From the IMG/VR virus record IMGVR_UViG_3300031716_000007, positions 7,075 to 71,074 of that record: a stretch of DNA of 64,000 nucleotides; one strand, written 5' to 3'. The position numbers and the translations under genes were made by a program. Under the pieces are notes generated by a model. That model was not told the origin of the DNA, searched no databases, and saw only the letters and a list, made by a program, of their open reading frames with translations. The DNA is from a virus (lineage: Duplodnaviria > Caudoviricetes). Every line of letters starts with the position of its first letter. The stretch's first letter is position 1. Of this stretch, positions 9,936 to 18,163 are shown piece by piece.

Positions 9936-12089
9936 TTACGTCCCAAATCGTTGGATGGTTTTTCTTAAGCTTTTATTATCTTGAATGCTTCTTTCTGAAG
10001 CGCTCGAGAAAATGTCGCCATGTTCACTTAATCGATCTCTAAATGAACGCTCATCAATTGTTTGAATATAGTAATTGTTAACAACCGAATCCCCTCCAAC
10101 ACCTTTTCCTGAATTAAGTTTATTTAAATTATCAACGCCAAGATTTCTCATTCCTTCTCGGTTAACAACACCTTCCCCTTCATGCAAAACAGCACGGACT
10201 TCTCCACCTTGCGCATAATGACCAGCAAACGGCAAGTTGCCACGTTTGCCACCATAGCCGGCGCTTGTTGATTGAGCATGGCGTACATAAAGCCCTTGAT
10301 GCCCTAAAATACCCTCTGGCCCAGGCAATCCTCCGCCTCCGCCGACAAAAGAGAATCCACTAGCTCCGCCAAATAAAGAAAAGAATATTTTATTCGTGGC
10401 AAGCTGAATCAACATCTTAAGCATTGTGTTCCCGAAATTCACGACGACATCTTCGAGATCGCGGAACTTTCCTGTGATGATATTAAAAAATCCATCATCC
10501 ATAAGAGTCGTTGCGGCTGTGACCCATGTTTGCACTGGATCCACAGCACGGCCAAATACATCTTCAAGCTCTTTGTTGTATTGCCCGCCGAGCTCACCAG
10601 CGTGTTTATAAAATTCTTCAAGAGCCTGTTGCTGTTGCTCAACGCTCTTAATTTCCATATCAACCGTATCACGATTCTTTCCTTCAGCCATATTCGCTCG
10701 TTGTTTCTGAAGAATGGCAAGCTGTTGATTAAAGGCTTGTTCTAATTGTAATCGACGTTTGACTAAATCTTGATATGCAGCATATTGATCTTTAATCCGA
10801 CGGACTTCTTCATCTTTACTTTTCTCTTGCAGCTCATTAAAACGCTCTAGGAATTGTTCAGCATTCTTTAACGCAGATTCGGTTCCGACTTCTTTACTAA
10901 TCGCAGCAACCTTACCTCTTGTCAGCATTAACGCTTGTTCAGCCTCGGCTTCTTTCTTAATCGCGCGTTGCATCATTTCACGTTTAACGAGCAAAGAATC
11001 ATATGCCCCGTCGGTAGCATGAAGACCTTCAATTAATTGTTTGATAGGAAGAAGATCAGAAATGCCTTCAATAACAATCTTCCCCGATCTCTTCTTCTGC
11101 ATACGAGTAATTGCTTTATCCAAAGCATCCGCTTGTTTTTCCAGCTCAACAAACCGGCTTTCTTCTCCCGTCGGAGTCATTGCTTTCAAACCATCATTTA
11201 GAAACTGAATCGCTTTATCAACCTGCAAAACACCAACGGCCCATCGACCAAACGATTCTTTTAAATCATCAACCGTATTGGCTAATTTAGCAAATCTTCC
11301 AGATGTTGTATTAACATCCTTTTGCGCGAAACCGCCAAATTGTTCATTAAGAGCTTTTAAAACAGCGGCCGCTTTTTCAGTCTTAGGAATGTTGCGATCG
11401 ATAAAAATTCCGTAACGAGCCAATTGTCCAGTAAACCCGGCCATCGCTTTAGCAACAACATCCGCAGAGGTACTCAAATCGCGACCCGTCGCCGCGGAGA
11501 AATCGAGTACAGCTTTTGTTGCAGCGTCTAATTGAGAAGGCAAAAGATCACCTTCAGAAACTAAGCGTTGAATGACATTCTCAATAGCATCGTCGCCATA
11601 ACGAGTTACTTGTTGCAATGACTCAGCTAATCCAATCAAATGTTTAGACGTCATATCCGTAAACGTGCCTTGAATCTGCAACGCAGCGTTCATTCTGTTT
11701 ACGGCATCTTCTTGTTTTGTATAAGATTCTATCGATTCTTTGACCAGATTAATGAGAGGACGAAAAACGAAAGTAAAAAGAAGGACAGCGTTACGAGTTC
11801 GCGCGACTTCAATACGGAAATGTTCGTAAGCCTTAGTCATGCGCGCCATGCCACCGATATGATCATCTGTGGGCTTCTTGGTTTCATTTAAACTTTTCCC
11901 AATACCCTTAATAGCTTCAGTCGTCTTCTCTCCTGAAGCGGTAATAGAACGCTCCATATTGGCGCTCATACGTTCAATGGCTTGAGTTAATCGATCTGCG
12001 GCCGCTTCTTGCTCAGCAAAAGACGCTTTCATCTTCGCTGTAGCAAGATCGGTGTATTGCGAGACTATTTGAATTTTATTTTCAGACAT
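9936..12089 (-). CDS. Tail tape measure protein
   Basis: Long Ala-rich helical/coiled-coil protein with a C-terminal GGEVRAVLHEGEGVVNRE motif; follows the chaperone pair. Alternative start at 12101. Confidence 0.9.
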   Translation of the reverse strand: MSENKIQIVSQYTDLATAKMKASFAEQEAAADRLTQAIERMSANMERSITASGEKTTEAIKGIGKSLNETKKPTDDHIGGMARMTKAYEHFRIEVARTRNAVLLFTFVFRPLINLVKESIESYTKQEDAVNRMNAALQIQGTFTDMTSKHLIGLAESLQQVTRYGDDAIENVIQRLVSEGDLLPSQLDAATKAVLDFSAATGRDLSTSADVVAKAMAGFTGQLARYGIFIDRNIPKTEKAAAVLKALNEQFGGFAQKDVNTTSGRFAKLANTVDDLKESFGRWAVGVLQVDKAIQFLNDGLKAMTPTGEESRFVELEKQADALDKAITRMQKKRSGKIVIEGISDLLPIKQLIEGLHATDGAYDSLLVKREMMQRAIKKEAEAEQALMLTRGKVAAISKEVGTESALKNAEQFLERFNELQEKSKDEEVRRIKDQYAAYQDLVKRRLQLEQAFNQQLAILQKQRANMAEGKNRDTVDMEIKSVEQQQQALEEFYKHAGELGGQYNKELEDVFGRAVDPVQTWVTAATTLMDDGFFNIITGKFRDLEDVVVNFGNTMLKMLIQLATNKIFFSLFGGASGFSFVGGGGGLPGPEGILGHQGLYVRHAQSTSAGYGGKRGNLPFAGHYAQGGEVRAVLHEGEGVVNREGMRNLGVDNLNKLNSGKGVGGDSVVNNYYIQTIDERSFRDRLSEHGDIFSSASERSIQDNKSLRKTIQRFGT

Positions 12090-12447
12090 TGTTCGTCCCA
12101 TCCCCGGAGAGTTTCTCTAACAATTTGTTTCTCTCCCCTTGAACAACATTTTTATGAGTTTCAATGATGTCAAAAATCTGTCGAATCTTAATCGGCTGTT
12201 CTGAAATCGTTCCTCGAAATGGCAACCAGCCTTTATTAAAATCATGGAACATGTCAATATACAATTTAACTTCTTGTTTGATGATCTTCGACGGACATCG
12301 ATACAACTTCAAACCGTCTCTGGTTGTATATTGAACACGTTCTGTCGGGGCCAAACATCCTCTGTATCTTTGCAAATCTGGACTTTCGTGACATTTATGG
12401 CAATCGAGCCCCAAAAACGATACTTCGACTGCCAGTTCTAGTTTTTT
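12082..12447 (-). CDS. Tail assembly chaperone T-portion, reached by -1 frameshift (GT fusion)
   Basis: The -1 frame is open from the slippery site (KLELAVEVSFLGLDCHKCHE...) and has no good ATG of its own. Confidence 0.75.
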   Translation of the reverse strand, partial: KKLELAVEVSFLGLDCHKCHESPDLQRYRGCLAPTERVQYTTRDGLKLYRCPSKIIKQEVKLYIDMFHDFNKGWLPFRGTISEQPIKIRQIFDIIETHKNVVQGERNKLLEKLSGDGTNNV

Positions 12448-12881
12448 CTTAATTCCTCATTAACTTGGTTTTCATCCCAAATCACTTTAGCCAATTCTTG
12501 AATAATAGATAATGGAATTCTGCGAACGGTTTCCTCGGAAACAATATCGACTTCGCGATCAAAGAATTTAATCTTATCGGTTTTAAATTCAGTATCTCCA
12601 AAATTACGAAATCCCTTTAAACCAAATTTAACAATCTCAAAATCTGAATTGGTAAATTTATCTTTATTACGAACAATCTTAGACTTCCCATCCAATGTTG
12701 TCTCAACATCAAACCAGCTGGCTTGGATCTGTGCCTTTTGAATAGAATCAATGGCACCGACTAACCAAACTGTAGGATTAGGATTTTTTGACATGATTTT
12801 TTTTCCATCCTTTTCCTCGACGACAACATCTTGAACTGACACATACTCTTTCGTTAGCCCGACGGCTATTGGATCAATCAT
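12438..12881 (-). CDS. Tail assembly chaperone G-portion
   Basis: Lies upstream of the tape measure gene and ends in a slippery heptamer. Confidence 0.8.
   Translation of the reverse strand: MIDPIAVGLTKEYVSVQDVVVEEKDGKKIMSKNPNPTVWLVGAIDSIQKAQIQASWFDVETTLDGKSKIVRNKDKFTNSDFEIVKFGLKGFRNFGDTEFKTDKIKFFDREVDIVSEETVRRIPLSIIQELAKVIWDENQVNEELRKN
12441..12447 (-). promoter_or_regulatory. Programmed -1 ribosomal frameshift heptamer A AAA AAC
   Basis: Minus strand reads AGA AAA AAC TAG; the X XXY YYZ pattern sits in the correct phase just before the stop and joins the two chaperone frames. Confidence 0.85.
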
Positions 12882-12882
12882 T

Positions 12883-13380
12883 TCATCCTCCGTTTATTTT
12901 CTTTTTTGTTTTTACGCCTTTTTTCATCAAGGCGTTGATGTATCGTTGTGTTCTTTCTTCAATCCACTTCTCTGTTTCACGTGAAACTCCTAAGAAGCGT
13001 CGCGCGACGCGAGTGATATTATTAACGCCCTCTTCTTGTTGGTAATAACCAATTAAATCCCGTGGCGGCCGGCCAAGAGCTTTAATTCCGGTAATATATG
13101 ACGCTGTGGCTTGTTTGAAAACGTGAATGGAATTAAACAGGATTCCCTTATCAATCAAGGGCTTTGTGGGCGTTGAGGATCGATTGGCGCGTTTATTCGC
13201 GATCGTTTTCTTAGCGAGGGCTTGCATTTTTGTTCCATCAACTTGTGTCTCGGTTCGAATATTTTTCTGCGCGTCATTTTTAATTTTATCAGCGATCTCC
13301 CGGATCAGCGGGTCCATTGCCGTCCGGGAGAAATCTGGAACTTCTCGTTCAAAGGTTATTCCAACTTTTATCAGTCCCAT
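12883..13380 (-). CDS. Virion morphogenesis / tail completion protein (Mu gpG-like family)
   Basis: PLIDKGILFNSI and VARRFLGVS motifs. Confidence 0.7.
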   Translation of the reverse strand: MGLIKVGITFEREVPDFSRTAMDPLIREIADKIKNDAQKNIRTETQVDGTKMQALAKKTIANKRANRSSTPTKPLIDKGILFNSIHVFKQATASYITGIKALGRPPRDLIGYYQQEEGVNNITRVARRFLGVSRETEKWIEERTQRYINALMKKGVKTKKKINGG

Positions 13381-13384
13381 AGTT

Positions 13385-14404
13385 TTATGTACTGCTAGAG
13401 CTAGAACTTGAAGAACTAGAAGATCGTGAGCTTGAAGAGCTAGAACTCGATGATGATGTCCCGAAGAACAATGTCATTGAATCGTTGCCCACAGAAATAT
13501 CGTTGCTCAAAATTTCCATGTTCGCATTCAAAGCTCTTAATCCACTTCGATCAGCTTCCGTGATTCCTGTAAATCGTGTTTTAGGAAGAGACAATTCCAT
13601 CATGTTTCCATTAGAATCGTTGATCCTAATTGAAATTGATGCGACTGTCCCGTCAAGCATTTTGCTATAAAAATCAAAATCAGATTTAGCTACTAACTCA
13701 GGATCGAATGTAATGACCGGACGACGATTAACGATCTTGGCATAATCAATACCGCTGGCATCAGATGGCAATGGAGATAAGACAATCTCATTTTGCATGT
13801 CTAATTCAAGGGTATCAATGACCAAGATGCTGCCATGAATTTGAACCGTTGCTCCCATAAACATCAAAGGAACTTGGTTTGGATACGTCGGAGAAAGCAT
13901 CGACTCATCCAAATGAGAAGCATACTTACCCTGCATGGTAAAATCACACATGACAGGCTCGCCGACTTTATACATAAACTTAACGTTACCGCCAACGCCT
14001 AATATTGTCTTTGTGAAACCATCTTCAAATTTTTTACATGTCATGGTTTGAAAACTTGAAGAAATTGGCGTAAACGTATTAGAAACGCTCGCTACAAGCG
14101 CCTCAGATAACCCGCAAGCCTTTAAAAACGGAGAAATGGGTAAGGTCGTCCCTTTGCTACCAGAAGGCGGACCCATCAACTCAGCTTTAAAGTTTAAATT
14201 CGCTTGGCGCGCACCTGTTTCGGATTTTAGCTTATCCATATGTTTAAGAACTGGATTACGCTGAAATACCGCAGGTACGATATCTAAGACAGGTTCATAA
14301 GCCAAAATTGTTGCTTCTGATGCTGTTATCGTTTCAGCGGAACCGCTGGTGGTTTCAATTTTACCTGCTAGTTGGGCAATCCTCGTTCTTTTTGAATTAA
14401 CCAT
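13385..14404 (-). CDS. Major tail (tube) protein with C-terminal S10-R-S11-T tail
   Basis: Size, beta-rich sequence, and position between the terminator gene and the chaperones; poly-Ser end read directly. Confidence 0.75.
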   Translation of the reverse strand: MVNSKRTRIAQLAGKIETTSGSAETITASEATILAYEPVLDIVPAVFQRNPVLKHMDKLKSETGARQANLNFKAELMGPPSGSKGTTLPISPFLKACGLSEALVASVSNTFTPISSSFQTMTCKKFEDGFTKTILGVGGNVKFMYKVGEPVMCDFTMQGKYASHLDESMLSPTYPNQVPLMFMGATVQIHGSILVIDTLELDMQNEIVLSPLPSDASGIDYAKIVNRRPVITFDPELVAKSDFDFYSKMLDGTVASISIRINDSNGNMMELSLPKTRFTGITEADRSGLRALNANMEILSNDISVGNDSMTLFFGTSSSSSSSSSSRSSSSSSSSSSST

Positions 14405-14417
14405 GTAACTAATCCTC

Positions 14418-14831
14418 CTATTTGTTTTTCCTTAAATCAAACAATGTTCCTCGATAAGTAAACTTAGCAAGGCCAGTCCATCCTTCTTTCACATCGGTGT
14501 GATACAAATCTTTTGACACTTCTAAACCAAATGTCCAGTTGTCGGTAATCTGAACTAAATCCGGGGCATCAATATCTGCGCCATAAACGTTTTTCTCAGC
14601 TGAAACTTCTGTCACGTTGGTCACATCTGTGACATTGGTTGTATTGTTATTAACAGTAGTATTATTATTGACGGTCGTGTTGTTGTTAACGATAGTTGTT
14701 TTGTTCTTACCTTTTCCTTTACCGACGTGCTCATGGCCATGATCCGCATGTTCGCTATGTCCCTCGTCGCCAATACCAACACCGTAAAAACTTAAGACCA
14801 TGATTAAAATTAAAACTAACTTTTTCATCAA
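14418..14831 (-). CDS. Exported protein with signal peptide, His-rich patch and (TTVNNN)n repeats
   Basis: MMKKLVLILIMVLSFYGVGIG signal-like N-terminus; GHSEHADHGHEH; three TT(I/V)VNNN-type repeats; aromatic beta-strand C-terminus. Confidence 0.6.
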   Translation of the reverse strand: MMKKLVLILIMVLSFYGVGIGDEGHSEHADHGHEHVGKGKGKNKTTIVNNNTTVNNNTTVNNNTTNVTDVTNVTEVSAEKNVYGADIDAPDLVQITDNWTFGLEVSKDLYHTDVKEGWTGLAKFTYRGTLFDLRKNK

Positions 14832-15211
14832 TTACTCCTTTGCTCTTTAGGAAGTTTTTCCATTATTTTTTCTAGAAACGTGCTGATCTGCCTGAAATCA
14901 TTTTTGATTTCATTGATATCTGATTTAATCCCCTCAATTTGAATCTGAGCGATTTCTTTTCTATAAAACTCATCATTGACGTATTTATAGTCCGGCTTAT
15001 TTTCTATTGTTTTTTCCAAGATCTCGATTTCTTTCTTTGAGTCTTGATACGATCTATTGAGGTTATCCATTGATGATTTAAGTGAATCGATAACTTTCCC
15101 CAAAGCCGTTACAACTTCGTTTGATTTGTCGATTTTTCCTAATAAATACATAAAACCGCCGACAGATACACTGGCGATTCCACCTATGGCCCACTGAACC
15201 CAAGATTCCAT
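14828..15211 (-). CDS. Membrane-anchored coiled-coil protein (holin- or spanin-like candidate)
   Basis: Single N-terminal hydrophobic helix (WAIGGIASVSVGGFMYLLG) followed by heptad coiled coil. Confidence 0.45.
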   Translation of the reverse strand: MESWVQWAIGGIASVSVGGFMYLLGKIDKSNEVVTALGKVIDSLKSSMDNLNRSYQDSKKEIEILEKTIENKPDYKYVNDEFYRKEIAQIQIEGIKSDINEIKNDFRQISTFLEKIMEKLPKEQRSN

Positions 15212-15669
15212 TATAAAAATCCCCTTTCTCTGACCGATAATTTAATCTCAACTACATGACACAAAACGTCACCTAGTTGGCCGAAAGAAATTTCACCTGT
15301 AATCGGGATATTTATAATCTCAGCTGTGCCATTTAAATCTTGGTTTCGAATGAACAAATCGGTTATAGAATCAACCAATGTATCGAATGGTTTTTCTGAG
15401 GATGGATCGTCTGTGAATGCATAAAAACCGCGTATCACCAAATTATGAACGGTATCTTTGACCTTACCGGCCGTGGCTTGGCTTCCTCGAGGTTCTACTA
15501 CAAGAGCATTACGTTGAATTTCCCATTCATTAACTTTGGAATTTTTTACAAAGAGCTGCTTATATGTTCCCCAATCAGAAGAATAACGTTTGTAATCGTA
15601 AACCCTTCCAATCCCGGTTACACTCTCTAACAAAGTTTTTAATTGTGCGCGTATCGTTGTCAGTGGCAT
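15211..15669 (-). CDS. Tail terminator / head-tail joining protein
   Basis: IRAQLKTLLESVTGIGRVYDY N-terminus and LCHVVEIKLSV end resemble tail terminators; position fits. Confidence 0.6.
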   Translation of the reverse strand: MPLTTIRAQLKTLLESVTGIGRVYDYKRYSSDWGTYKQLFVKNSKVNEWEIQRNALVVEPRGSQATAGKVKDTVHNLVIRGFYAFTDDPSSEKPFDTLVDSITDLFIRNQDLNGTAEIINIPITGEISFGQLGDVLCHVVEIKLSVRERGFL

Positions 15670-15732
15670 AGCTGCCTAAGTGAATTATCTCTGCCTTTTT
15701 AGAACTAATCTTCGTCATTGGAGAAGGTTTGA

Positions 15733-16461
15733 TCAACGAGTGAAAGATGGATGAGTCAAATAATCGCCTAGACCGCCAGGATAGCGCAAGTCATAGTCCT
15801 TAATTGACACTCCGGCGGATGCCGCTGATAATGCGTCCTTCTTCGATCCGATACCCATCAAAGATCTATACATGTCCATCTTTTGCAGGGCTAATTCTTT
15901 ATAAATATCGGACTTTCTTGCATAATCAATGACATCGGCCTCAATCGTTGAGTCTGAATGTTGCGCGAATCGCGCCGCTAGAGCCCAATAACAAAGACCC
16001 GCTGCCAGTGCTAAAACAGCGTTTGAATCATTATCTGTAATCGTACACGTCGTTGTGTTAAGCGTGTGTTTTGCTGCATAGGTAAATCTCGCTTTAATAC
16101 CCGACGCTGGAACAAAAGTTTTAAATCTTAAATATAATGTTGTGACTGTTAAAACAAGCTTCTTAATTAACTGCCAATCTTCACTCTCTAGAAATGTTTG
16201 CGCTTGTACAGTATCATCTACGGGATATTCAATAGCTCCATCAATATACGAAAAATTCTCAACCCAATCAGACGGCATCGCAAAATCAAACGTTGATCCA
16301 TCGCCAGTAACTTCATAAACTTTAACCAATGGTCTATCTTTGGAAAAAATTAAAACAGCCTGATTCAAGAATATTTCATTGTCGTCAGGCTGTAAAAATT
16401 CTCCAACATCTTGAAGCATCCGGTCCAGCCGGACTAAGTAATCATCCCGATCCATTGTCAT
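15733..16461 (-). CDS. Head-tail adaptor / connector protein
   Basis: Position after the capsid genes; helical ends flanking a beta-rich core. Confidence 0.55.
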   Translation of the reverse strand: MTMDRDDYLVRLDRMLQDVGEFLQPDDNEIFLNQAVLIFSKDRPLVKVYEVTGDGSTFDFAMPSDWVENFSYIDGAIEYPVDDTVQAQTFLESEDWQLIKKLVLTVTTLYLRFKTFVPASGIKARFTYAAKHTLNTTTCTITDNDSNAVLALAAGLCYWALAARFAQHSDSTIEADVIDYARKSDIYKELALQKMDMYRSLMGIGSKKDALSAASAGVSIKDYDLRYPGGLGDYLTHPSFTR

Positions 16462-16470
16462 TTAAATGCC

Positions 16471-16779
16471 TCATAATAAATAAATAAAAACTTTATCACC
16501 GGAACCAAGACCGCTATTAATAGCGCTGGCGTCAAAAAATAAACCATGAGGAAATGGTTGCCCGTTTCGTCCAAAGTCAATTTCGTTATCTAAATTCGCA
16601 TTTTGATTAACGCGAATTCCTTCATTTGCTGTATCCGCTTGACCATGCAACAAAGATAAAACATCACCATCGGCCGCAGAAAATAATTTAACTTTCTTAA
16701 TGGTCAATGGTCCCGGAATAGCAAAATCTGTGTCGAAAGTGTCTAGGAGAATCGGATTTGTATTTAAATTGTTTGACAT
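16471..16779 (-). CDS. Hypothetical virion protein
   Basis: In the head-tail block with compact spacing. Confidence 0.45.
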   Translation of the reverse strand: MSNNLNTNPILLDTFDTDFAIPGPLTIKKVKLFSAADGDVLSLLHGQADTANEGIRVNQNANLDNEIDFGRNGQPFPHGLFFDASAINSGLGSGDKVFIYLL

Positions 16780-16796
16780 TTTAACTCCTTCAATAT

Positions 16797-17063
16797 TTAA
16801 TCGTCACTATATTGTCTTCCATCATTCGATTCATTTAACTCTTCGGATTCCACAGATTTCTCAATGGAGCTCATGGGTTCTATCGAAATAATATATCGAT
16901 TCGCATAAGCTTTATCTAATCCGGGGAAGGCTCGACCAATATTGACACAATCTAAAAACTCTTGAAGAATTTTTCCGTTCGCCATATTGATCATGTGCCA
17001 TTCGTCTCTGCCTTCCACCCATTTCATTATTACTGGTAGTCTTACTTTCTTTTTTTGCTCCAT
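16797..17063 (-). CDS. Hypothetical protein
   Basis: GAG-type RBS and operon position. Confidence 0.45.
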   Translation of the reverse strand: MEQKKKVRLPVIMKWVEGRDEWHMINMANGKILQEFLDCVNIGRAFPGLDKAYANRYIISIEPMSSIEKSVESEELNESNDGRQYSDD

Positions 17064-17080
17064 TACGCATCTCTTAGTTT

Positions 17081-17575
17081 TTAAGTGCTAGAACTAGAGC
17101 TTGAGCTCGACGAGCTTGATCGTGAACTAGAGCTAGAGCTAGAACTTGAAGAGCTTGAACTCAAAGAACTCGACGATGAAGAAGAAGAGCTAGAACTTGA
17201 GCTTGATGCTCCCGTTGAAGCCGTAACATTAGGAGATAGTGCATACCAGTTATAATTTCCTGAGCTATCTTTCCCGCACCAAAAATCAGCCGTCTCACCT
17301 TGACTATTTTGAACTATATTAAAACTGCTACCTCGACCAGCAAAACCCGCTGAGACAAAAACGTATCCTTGATCCAATGTAAAGACGCGGACCGTAACAC
17401 CCCATAAATCTTTATCAGCTGCCGGTAAGGTTAATTTTGCAAAACTGGAAAGAGAAATGAATTGATATCCGATGTTAAGGATATCGTCTTTTGTGAGGCT
17501 ATAATTTGCGGATTTTTCAAGAAACCGTCCAAACTTATTAGCTGCTTGATATTTAAAACGAGTACGTTTACTCAT
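17081..17575 (-). CDS. Putative capsid decoration protein, paralogue 2, with C-terminal ~45-residue poly-Ser ending R-S11-T
   Basis: Clearly paralogous to 17654..18076 (F.YQAAN.FG...YSLTK..IL..GYQFI.LS....LTLPAAD.DL.G.T.RV.TL.QGYV...ETADFWCG). Confidence 0.55.
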   Translation of the reverse strand: MSKRTRFKYQAANKFGRFLEKSANYSLTKDDILNIGYQFISLSSFAKLTLPAADKDLWGVTVRVFTLDQGYVFVSAGFAGRGSSFNIVQNSQGETADFWCGKDSSGNYNWYALSPNVTASTGASSSSSSSSSSSSSSLSSSSSSSSSSSSSRSSSSSSSSSSST

Positions 17576-17592
17576 TAATTCCCCCTTATAAT

Positions 17593-17652
17593 ATTAAGCA
17601 TTTTTCAGCTTAAAAGCTGTACTCCGGGATAAACATTCCCGGAGCCATCGCC
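17593..17652 (-). ncRNA. Conserved two-hairpin RNA element, copy B
   Basis: GGCGATG-G-CTCCGGGA(ATGTTTA)TCCCGGAG-TACAGCT-TTTAAGC(TGAAAAAT)GCTTAAT; shows compensatory changes relative to copy A. Confidence 0.6.
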
Positions 17653-17653
17653 G

Positions 17654-18076
17654 TTAGGTAGATGAGGAACTCGATGAACTTGAGCTCGAGCTTGAAGAAG
17701 ATGATAAAGAACCGTCGGTGCCGGTTACATTAGGTGATAAAGCGTACCACGCATATGAACCACTGCTTGCTAATCCGCACCAAAAATCTGTTGTCTCACC
17801 ATCGCTATTAATTACAGTGTCAAAAGATCCGCCACGATTACCGAACCCAGCTGCAACCTTGACATAACCTTGACCTAATGTAACAACGCGAATAGTAATC
17901 CCGGCCAAATCTAAATCAGCGGCCGGTAAAGTTAAAGCTCCAAGATCAGATAGTTCAATGAATTGATATCCGTCTTGGAGAATATTTGCTTTCGTAAGGG
18001 AATAAGCAGCTCTAACGCGTAATGTGTTCCCAAATCTATTTGCTGCTTGATACTGGAAATCTGATTTCTTTGGCAT
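17654..18076 (-). CDS. Putative capsid decoration protein, paralogue 1, ending L-S15-T
   Basis: Immediately downstream of the major capsid gene; paralogous to 17081..17575. Confidence 0.55.
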   Translation of the reverse strand: MPKKSDFQYQAANRFGNTLRVRAAYSLTKANILQDGYQFIELSDLGALTLPAADLDLAGITIRVVTLGQGYVKVAAGFGNRGGSFDTVINSDGETTDFWCGLASSGSYAWYALSPNVTGTDGSLSSSSSSSSSSSSSSST

Positions 18077-18096
18077 TGCATTCTCCTCTTGTTAAC

Positions 18097-18155
18097 ATTA
18101 AGTATTTTTCAACTTAATAGCTGTTCCCTGGGGATTTCTCCCCAGGGTCATCGCC
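18097..18155 (-). ncRNA. Conserved two-hairpin RNA element, copy A
   Basis: GGCGATG-A-CCCTGGGGA(GAAA)TCCCCAGGG-AACAGCT-ATTAAGT(TGAAAAAT)ACTTAAT, directly after the capsid stop codon. Confidence 0.6.
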
Positions 18156-18163
18156 AATTAATA

